Shown piece by piece: positions 55,344 through 64,000 of a stretch of DNA of 64,000 nt (the stretch's first letter is position 1; every line of letters starts with the position of its first letter). Position numbers and translations under genes: made by a program. The notes under the pieces were generated by a model. It saw only the letters and a list, made by a program, of their open reading frames with translations, ran no database searches and was not told the origin of the DNA. The stretch lies in assembly GCA_037379345.1 (NCBI GenBank), contig CM074514.1, positions 6,696,001 to 6,760,000 on the forward strand. Direction: 5' to 3'. Source of the stretch: Perna viridis (lineage: Eukaryota).

Positions 55344-56814
55344 TTACTGTATCATCCAGCCAGCAAATGAAGTTCTTGCATCATGGCCGCTATGAATACT
55401 ACCAGAGGGTGCATTAGTTGTGCTGGTTCTAACGAAACAAGAGTCACCAGAGTTCATATAAAAAACGACAGTTGACGCTGCGTTGTGGTAGTAACCTCCG
55501 TGTATACGTGTTACACCTGCACTCATAATTTGATTATTTTTCATTATTTCAACTGGAATGTTTGAACCTGTGTCCGGTTGCACAGAGTATTGGAACGCAT
55601 ATACACCGGATGTTGGCGCTGTGAATATACCTGTGTGGTGATTGTACACATGCTGACTGTCGGTTACTTCATGGTTAAAAATTATAGTATGGTGAAGACC
55701 CGGATTACTTTCTTTATGTGTCAGATACGCATAAAAAGACGGCGTTGGTGATATTACTGTAAGCCTTCTCAGTCTTCCATTGCCTAAAAAATTGCTTATT
55801 GAGAAGGGTGTTTTATTGTTTGCCATGCTTTTTTCATTTATGTACTAAACAAACTACATCGAAACGTTGTTACGTTGTAAGCAACCATAAAAATGTAAAT
55901 AAAACAACAAACAATAACCCCCTAAAACAGCGTTACTTAGATGATGAAAACCAAAATAGAAGTATAACGAACATGGCAATTAATGCCAACAAATAAATTA
56001 ACAAAAAAACGCCCTCATTGGGGGCTTCAATAAAGTGCTCTGCATCGTCAGGTGGATGTTTTGTTGAAACACCTACTGGAATTATTATGTCTTTTTGTGC
56101 AAATAACTTTTCAGAGGAATATCTAGGCGCAAGAAGAAAACCAAGGTATGCTATCCCGTTCCACTGTTACGAGTCCTTAAACTGAGATTCTACACTGCTG
56201 AGGTTCCAGCAAATGTAATGGCTTGTCCAGTAACGTCTGTCTGATATTTGTTTCTTTAAAAGTCGGCTTTACTTTATCGAAGAAAAATAACAATCGACAA
56301 AAAGGGAGCGTAACAAGCACCTATCACAACTGTTCTGGTTATTTGTCACTTCTTTGTAGCATTTTGATAACATCTTTGCTTTATTTCAAAATTTTTGAGG
56401 GCTTTTATCGAAAACTGTTAAGTAAAAGCGAAAACACTTTATCATAAATAAAACTGAGAGAGGGGTCTACAAACAGATCTACCACATCACAAGCTTAAAT
56501 GACCACTGATTGGCATATTTCACGCTATGCAGAAAAGACTTACCTTTCTGTGTTGCGACGTTTTTACTGGAAGTTTTAGTTTTAATGGCCATAGAAAAGT
56601 TCGACACTTTTGATTCATGATTTCTCACGCTGTCCAGTAGACCTAGTACCTTTGATTTTTCTTTTGCATTTACGAGTTTTAGTACCGCTACTTTATGTTC
56701 CAAGCTTTCTATTCTCTCTAACTTCCTTTTTAGGGAGGCACGTGCATTTTCGTAGCTATCGTCTGCGTGGAGGCGCTGTAATGTAAATAGGAAAGCAAGA
56801 ATTACATAAAGCAT
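55344..56814 (-). CDS. Secreted C1q-domain protein A, exons 56544-56814 and 55344-55783 (236 aa)
   Basis: Signal peptide MLYVILAFLFTLQRLHA, coiled coil, AAA G|gtaagt donor, tttttag|GC acceptor (phase 1), RLRR, then gC1q (FYAYL, IIFNH, YN..TGIFTAPTSGVYAF, GD..FVR, TSFAGW). Confidence 0.92.
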
Positions 56815-56925
56815 TACTTTTACTTCACTTATTTATTCGACAATGATCTAACAAATTCAGTGCATTAGTGGTGGGATTTCGACATATGGATTTTTATCTT
56901 AAAGGTGACATACGCGTCATTTCTG

Positions 56926-56933
56926 TTTATATA
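56926..56933 (-). promoter_or_regulatory. Candidate TATA box of C1q gene A
   Basis: TATATAAA on the minus strand ~110 bp upstream of the ATG. Confidence 0.4.
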
Positions 56934-57550
56934 TCTGTACTGTTTTATGTACCAAGTTCAGTCAGTTATTGTTCGTCGTGATAAAGTTTTGAGACAAAAT
57001 AAAATAATGAAATAAATATTGATACTTTTATATTGACTCTGGAATTCGAAGACCCCGCCACCACCCCATAGTAAAACAAAATAAATTAATCTTAATTTCA
57101 TAGGACAATTTTTAGAGCAACTATTAACATGTAAGTTATCCTAAACTATGTTACATTAATTATTAGTATTGTTATGTTAAAAAGTGATACTATTGCTATG
57201 GTTTTACAGTCCTAAAATTCAACGGATTGAGTGGAACCATCTCATTAGATAACCAAAGTGCAACACAATTACCTACTGTTTTGTTATTCCTTAAAGGTAA
57301 TTTAGAAACACAGAACCCATCTTGAAGTTTGTGATGTTCTGTTGATCACAATAGGAGTGACTTTTCATCATCGATACAAGGTCTTACTGGATATACGTAT
57401 ATAATTTAAACCTGCAATAACTAAACAAGAAATAAACCATTCACTTGTTACACCAGAAATTTCCTGACGTTCCAAGTAGCGAATTAAGAGATTTTAATAA
57501 AGGGAGAAGGGACCAAGCCGTGGACTAAGTTTTTTCTTGAGAAAAAAGAT

Positions 57551-57794
57551 GTGTCATATGTTAGTAATACAATGGTATGATGCCCTGTGTCATATGTTAG
57601 TAATACAATGGTATGATGCATTGTCATGTGTTAGTAATACAATGGTATGATGCCCCGTGTCATGTGTTAGTAATACAATGGTATGATGCCCTGTGTCATG
57701 TGTTAGTAATACAATGGTATGGTGCATCGTGTCAAGTGTTGGTAATACAATGGTATGGTGCATCGTGTCAAGTGTTGGTAATACAATGGTATGG
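57551..57794. repeat. 36-bp minisatellite, ~7 copies, between C1q genes A and B
   Basis: gtgtcatgtgttagtaatacaatggtatgatgccct. Confidence 0.95.
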
Positions 57795-58043
57795 AATCAA
57801 TTTGCCTGATTATTTATTGAACATCTTACTGGGTGTTTGTAAGGCTTAGATATATGAAATACATCATTCAAAATTTCTTAAGATTTCATAAAAGGGTCCT
57901 GGCTATCGCCTTCCTAATAGTCCGAGTGCATTGTGAACACATGTAAACCGAATAATATTTTTCCAGCCATTTTAGTTACAGTTAAGGCAGGTTTTACTGT
58001 TCTGTAAATCTACCAAATAGGTTATAGAAGCTTTCACTTCGAC

Positions 58044-58082
58044 ATTGATTTCATATAGGAGATAAGAGACACAGAAGTGACG
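58044..58082 (+). promoter_or_regulatory. Conserved proximal promoter block of C1q gene B
   Basis: attgatttcatat and GAAGTGACG are shared with the B' upstream region (51232-51267, GGAAGTGACG ETS-CRE-like). Confidence 0.45.
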
Positions 58083-58127
58083 CAATAGGCAAGACAATCC
58101 TAAGTCTTGCGGTTCGTCAGAATTGAC

Positions 58128-60927
58128 ATGCAGATATATCATTTCTTGCTTTTTTATTTTCAGGTGTCGCTATGCTTTCAGAAAAATGAGCACCCAGTCC
58201 AAACATTGCGTGATGATTTGGAAGTTGAAGTTGATACGAGAATAAACAAACTTGAAGAAGATGTTGCCGCGCTGATTTCCGACTACAAAATTATACGAGG
58301 AATTTCTCATAATCTTCAGGATGTAGTAACTCAGCAACAAGAGAAACTTGATTCATCAGTAGCAGGTATTGAAGCCAACCCTGTATTTGACGTTCATTCT
58401 TATAACCATTCGGATCTGACTGACATAAGTAAGCAATATTCCTAAGTTTTGAATTTGATACTAGTTTTTACACATTAAAGCATAATAGATTTATGCTGAT
58501 AAGCAATTATTTACCACATTTATATGACGGAGTTTATCGACTGATTACATACGCTTACTTCAACCATTTTTCTTTCCCAATCTTTCTTCTAACCTTGTTA
58601 CATACACGCCATACAGAGGCCAAACTTAACAAGACATTTTCGAAATCTTCGAAGTATCATGTCATTATCAACATCATCGTTGTCTTTCTCGTCTTTAGAT
58701 TTAGGTCATTATTTGGTGAACGTCACGATGTATGTATATATGACTTTATTTGTAGTGACGTAAATAGAGAAACGTTGTTCCTCTCGAGAAGAAAACTGTC
58801 CTTCTTATTTTGTTTGTCTGTTTTGCCGTTTCAAATTGTGAAATGAGTGAATGGCAATACTGATAAAATCTAGATAGTAGTCAAAAGGACAGTCTGTTTA
58901 ACAAATTGCAATATCATGGTAAAAACCTGGAAGTTGGAAGCCACCGCAATGGTGTATTATAATTAAGTGTACATTTGAGTTTGTTTGATCCTGCATTGTA
59001 TCCATAGGTAAAAAGAAACTCATTACCAAAAAAAAGCCAGTCAGTTGTGGGTACCTTTAAACAAATGAAATGCGTCCAAAGATCACAAATATTTATTAAC
59101 TCATTTTGCCTGCATAGTAAATTACTGATACTATCTCTTATACAATTAATGGAATTAACTGAAACAGTTAAATAGTATATGAAAAAACCGACATCTACGT
59201 CAATTTTCATTTAGTCATGCAATTATATAACTAAAATATTTCATCTCTATTTGAATTTTGTGTACCAGGGCTCTTAAACATTTAAACAGCTCTACAACTA
59301 CTGACTTATATGAACATATGCTCCTGGATTATTTCCATACGTGCTCATCCATTGGCTGAAATGTAGAAGGGTGTATTGAAATTTTCTAAGTATTTTGATT
59401 ATCATCATGATAATCGTTGTCGTCGTCATGGTCCTCTAATTTTGTAATTTAGTTTATTATCTATTGTTTTCTCTGCATTTGTAAATTTGTATTATATCTG
59501 AAAAGACTTTTATATCAGTTTATCACTACAATCCCCATAATGAAATGAAACATCCCTCTTTTACTGATCTGCTCATGTGCTTCATTTTGCCGTTTTGTGA
59601 TTGCTAAATTCTTCTAAAGCATATGATCTTCCTCTTACAGAGTGTTATTCTTATTTTGATCAGACCTTGCAATATATCCATAGTTGTATCTATATATAGG
59701 TAATGCGACTTATCACACTAGGTATCCATAGTTGTATCTATATATAGGTAATGCGACTTATCACACTAGGTATCCATAGTTCTATCTATATATAGGTAAT
59801 GCGACTTATCACACTAGGTATCCATAGTTATATCTATATATAGGTAATGTGACTTATCACACTAGGTATATAGGCTATTTATGTTTATACTAAGTGTCTG
59901 TATTCTGAAATAATGTTTCCTTCTGTAGACTATTAAATAAAGTGAAGGTTAATTCATAAGTCGCATTACATGTAGATATAGAATGATCTGATTTAATTAA
60001 AACGATTGACATTTTAATGCCCTCTATACGTGTTAGACGTCAGCCACAGGCTGTAAGTTTTACAGGAGTCCAATAATTATTCGTACGTGCGTTCTGCAAT
60101 TATCAGTCATCCTTAACTAAAACTACTAATGGAAATAATTTCAGATTTCATGCAGGTTATGTAAAGAACATGATAAGTTGTACCGTGTGTGAGACATTCA
60201 GTTTGGTTGCACATCCACTTGCTTATAATTTTTGTGGGGGACATCTGTGATCTATGGACACTTTAATTTCAAAATTTAGGTCACTACTACACTAATTCGT
60301 TAGAAAAAAATAACTGAAATATTGTTAGATTTTATGTCGGTTGTTTTGTTTTGTTTTTTAAAAAGTCATACATGATATTTTTGTAAAAAAAATCAATACC
60401 GGGGCTTCTCAATATTCGTACTGCTATGATTCGTTATGTCTTTCTGTTCAGATTTCATAACCTCATTCTCATATTTAACAGATGCTACAATTAAGGAGAG
60501 ATACCGAAGACAACTGAGATCGACCAATCCCGCATTTTACGCCTATATGTCTGGTTCCGAGAATAAGCCAGGTCCACACCACACACTAATATTCGATCAC
60601 TTGATCACTAACCTCGGGAATAACTACAATAGATTCACCGGCGTCTTCAGTGCGAACCAAGCTGGATTGTACGTGTTTTCATATACAATTACGCCCGATG
60701 TAGGTGCCATAATGCCGGTTGAAATTGTAAAAAATTCAGACATCGTAGGATCATTGTTTGTACACGCCTACTCATCGTACCAGAGCGCCGCCTCATCAAC
60801 AGTTATTATTCAGATGAATGTTGGAGATGTTTGTTACATTCGAACAAGTACTACTACATCACCAGCAGGAAACGTCTATAGCAGCGATAAATCAAGGACT
60901 TCATTTTCCGGATGGCGTCTGGTATAG
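58128..60927 (+). CDS. Secreted C1q-domain protein B, exons 58128-58428 and 60482-60927 (248 aa)
   Basis: Signal peptide MQIYHFLLFYFQVSLC, coiled coil, A|gtaagc donor, taacag|AT acceptor (phase 1), RYRR, then gC1q (AFYAYM, LIFDH, YN..TGVFSA..AGLYVF, GDV.YIR, TSFSGW). Confidence 0.9.
59675..59868. repeat. 48-bp minisatellite x4 in the intron of C1q gene B
   Basis: tatccatagttgtatctatatataggtaatgcgacttatcacactagg. Confidence 0.95.
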
Positions 60928-61426
60928 TTGAAACGATACAGAATGCTTTGGAAAAAGTTTTCAATCATATTTTTGTTGTTCTTTTGTTATTATCATTTAT
61001 ATTTTAACTAACATTATTGGTTTTTCCGTGTAATGGATAAAAAAACTGAAAAGGTATCCATACAAGCAAAGTTTTGTGCATTATCTCTTTCGTAAACTGG
61101 CAGAAACTTCAATAATTCTTTCTATTGAGATTTTGATTTTACTTTTTGATGCCTTAGAGTTGATAATGACATCTTTGTGTTCCTGATTGTGATCTTTATG
61201 ATTTTCTCTTTGTTTGGCGCTTTGTTTTTCCTGTTTTTTTTTAGATTAGCTTTACTGGCACCATATTTTCAAGTTATTGTAGTCACCTGTCGTTTAAGTT
61301 CCGATAAATATTTTCACACATTATGAGGCAGACAAAATCAGTGTCTACGGGACAAATGACTGTAGTTTTAAAAATGTTTCAAGTAAAAATTTATTTCGTC
61401 AAGAAAACGAAGATTCATTCAATCAC

Positions 61427-62876
61427 TTTTTAAGCTCACCTGGCCATAGGCCATGTGAGCTATTGTCACCACTTGGTGTTCGTTGTCGTCGTCTGTCGTC
61501 GTCGTGGTTAACAATTCTTCACACATCTCCTTTGAAACTACTGAATGGCTTTGAATGAAACTTAATATGATTGTTTCTTAGAGTATCATGCACAAAATGA
61601 CTGTTTGGGTTTTTGATCTGTAAAAAAGACATGACCGCCATTACTAATAATAGAACATAAGGGTCAGACAGCAGTTTTTTGCATATATCTTCAAAACCGT
61701 TAGATTTAACTAAATTCTGACTGGGTATAAGTGTTCACCATGATGAGATCTATCTGTGATGTAATTTTGGTGATCTGTTGAGGTCTTACTAACCACTTCT
61801 AACGTTTCCATTACTTTACATGTTAAAAAAGTAATTTTCAAAGTTTCACTGCGAATTCCCAGGACAAATGACATCTTAAAGTTGCATACCATTGCGAAGC
61901 TTGGAAATTAAGGCTTTCAAAATCATCATGCTAATGGTGCGATGGTGGTCAAAATACATTTTTTTGCAAATAAGTCTTAAACAGTTGAATTTAGCAAAGT
62001 TCTGATGAGAGTTATATTGTTCAACATCAGAAGACCGACCTTTGCCAAAATTTACAAAATTGTTTGTTGTCTGTTTTAGGATTTATTGCACCAGACAGAT
62101 TTTTTGTCGTTTTAATGTGTACAACTCTCTGACACTAATTGCAACAAAATTTAATAAAAATTGGCATATTTTTTAGGGTTTCTTCCACAAACTGATCATT
62201 TAAAATTTTTCATGAGTAAAAAAAATATGGCCGTCGTTACCAAAAATAGAACATGCTTTTTTGCGTTTTTTCCCCTCAACTATAGAAGAATAATGAAAAT
62301 GAAAGCTACCATTAAGATAAACATAATATTCTGAGTTGACGGGAGTATTGAATTTTTTTTTTAGGCGGCCATTTTACGACCATTTTCACCAGTTGCTCCG
62401 ATTCCATATATGGGAAGCTATATAGGTGTTTTAAGTTGAATGGTGATGACGAAAGATTGTTCTGGGTGGCCATTTTCCCGCTAATTTTTATATTTGCCTT
62501 GATTTCAACGATAATTGTTTAATTCTCCTAATATGAATGGTAATGATGAAAATTTTGGATAGCCATGGTTTAACTTCATTTTATGTTCCTTTTCAGCAAA
62601 TCTATACTGGGCTAATGCCCTATCACACCTGGTGGAATAACAGGGCAAAGGGGACCCATGCCAAAATTTTTTCCAGAGGTTCTAAAACACTTTGAAGTCA
62701 TTTCCTACATTTTACAGTGCCTTACGTACTCTTTTTAACTTACAACATTCATCAATATATGCTCTTTTTCAGCAATTTTTTGTCCAACATGGTAACAAAG
62801 CATGGTACCGTTACTTACTTAGTAAATAGGATATGGTTTGTCAGGTGAGCAATTCAGGCTCTTCAAGAGCCTCTTT
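61427..62876 (+). mobile_element. Helentron-associated (HINE/CvA-like) non-autonomous element
   Basis: 5' tttttaagctcacctgg...gtgagct, (GTC)n microsatellite, 3' caggtgagc plus hairpin aggctctt-c-aagagcct and T-run. Confidence 0.8.
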
Positions 62877-63233
62877 TTTTCCTTATCTAGCGTTAGCTTC
62901 CCAAGACTATGGCACCATTTCTAATAATCATTGTGTATTTCCAATGCAAGACTGAATAGCGTGAAATGCTTTGTTAATATATTAAGATTGTTTTTGTGCA
63001 ATCGTCGCGAATTATAAAGAAAACCTTTTCTATTTATGTATGAATTGTATATAATAATGTAAATTTAATACATGTCATTGTGGTTTAGCCAGACATGGAA
63101 TAACAATCATTTCAACAACAAAATAAATATACTGTTCTCTTGTCCCCATGATTAATCTGGTTGAAATGAGGACATCCTGGCAAATGCCGGATATCTCCCA
63201 TCGAGCATATGATCTCTTTATCATTTTCAAGTT

Positions 63234-63590
63234 TTAATTAGTTCTCTTTTTTGGCGGCGGTGGCGGTCGTCTCAACGTATTGGAGACAGAAGGAGATGGC
63301 GCTGGTCCAGACGGTGAAACACCCGGAAGTGGAAGGGGCGGTCTCTTTGACAACGGACTCGGATCTTTGATGTTTAGAGGTTCTGGTTTAGTCGGCAAGG
63401 GTTGTGGTGGCCTGTCGAGATTAGGAGGAGGCATCACTTTCCGTTCGGCTTGTTTCGGCGTATTTTGTGGCGGCGGAGCCGGAAGTGGTCGTTTAGGAGG
63501 AGGACGGGGTGGCAAGTCTGGTGATTTTTCCTCTATGACTTTCATTCTGTCAAAGAATTGATCTTTCAAAGATTTCCTGTAATCTGTGGT
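63234..63590 (-). CDS. Last coding exon of an unidentified proline-rich protein; gene extends beyond the window
   Basis: atattcag|ACC acceptor, GC-rich 118-aa frame with many PxxP/PPxPxR motifs ending in TAA. Confidence 0.75.
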   Translation of the reverse strand, partial: TTDYRKSLKDQFFDRMKVIEEKSPDLPPRPPPKRPLPAPPPQNTPKQAERKVMPPPNLDRPPQPLPTKPEPLNIKDPSPLSKRPPLPLPGVSPSGPAPSPSVSNTLRRPPPPPKKRTN

Positions 63591-64000
63591 CTGAATATAT
63601 AGCAAAAAAAGCTTATTCAATTAGTACACTTTCGGTCAAATAAAGAAAAAAGCATTATAAATAATTCAATGTAGTTCAACTATCTTTTATTTTGGTTTGA
63701 TTTAATAAAACAGGCCAACAACCCTATTTAAATGCAATCCAAAAAAAGCTGTTAAATATAAAATTCTTAGTTTTGTTTTTTTTTCTACTCTTTTTTCTAC
63801 AACTATTTAGAGTTCTATGTGAATAATACTACTTAATCTGCATATTATAGCTTTGATTGCTTGAGTTCAGTGTGATGTTTGTTTTGGGGTCCATGCTGCG
63901 CATTCTGTGTGTATTGTGTAGTTCATCCATCTTTTTTATCGTCTGCTGTCGTTTGATGTTCCTGGCAATATCAAGTATTGTGTTAAAACAGTTTATTGGA

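Noticed and set aside
57210-57296. Exon-like open segment (LKFNGLSGTISLDNQ...) with ag/gt borders in the A-B spacer
   Set aside because: Phase 1-1 does not fit gene B, no partner exons found, and the resemblance to receptor motifs is too short
58164-58428. ttttcag at 58163 as the acceptor of an internal exon needing an upstream signal-peptide exon
   Set aside because: The T-rich tract is in frame with ATG 58128 and encodes a plausible signal peptide, codon-aligned in B'; the two-exon model matches gene A. Not fully excluded without RNA data.

Overview
AT-rich eukaryotic genomic DNA, most likely from a bivalve mollusc (inferred from the C1q-domain gene cluster and the repeat types). Bases 1-~46500 hold the 3' part of a large + strand PDZ-GEF (RAPGEF2/6-type) gene. 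I reconstructed 25 GT-AG coding exons (9181-42027) that join in one reading frame of about 1305 aa: end of cNMP domain 1, cNMP domain 2, REM, PDZ, RA, CDC25 RasGEF, PY-like motifs and a terminal EEQVSAV. A ~4.5 kb 3'UTR follows; the 5' exons lie upstream of the window. Bases ~47600-61000 contain a tandem duplication of a head-to-head pair of two-exon secreted C1q-domain genes (signal peptide, coiled coil, furin-type RxRR site, gC1q). The right pair (55344-56814 minus; 58128-60927 plus) is intact. The left pair is decayed: one gene lacks its C1q exon, and the other has a codon-2 nonsense and a 3' deletion, with LINE and Penelope-like insertions nearby. The last exon of a proline-rich minus-strand gene lies at 63234-63590. 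MITEs, Helentron-type non-autonomous elements and minisatellites are scattered throughout. All calls were made by eye; no searches were run.
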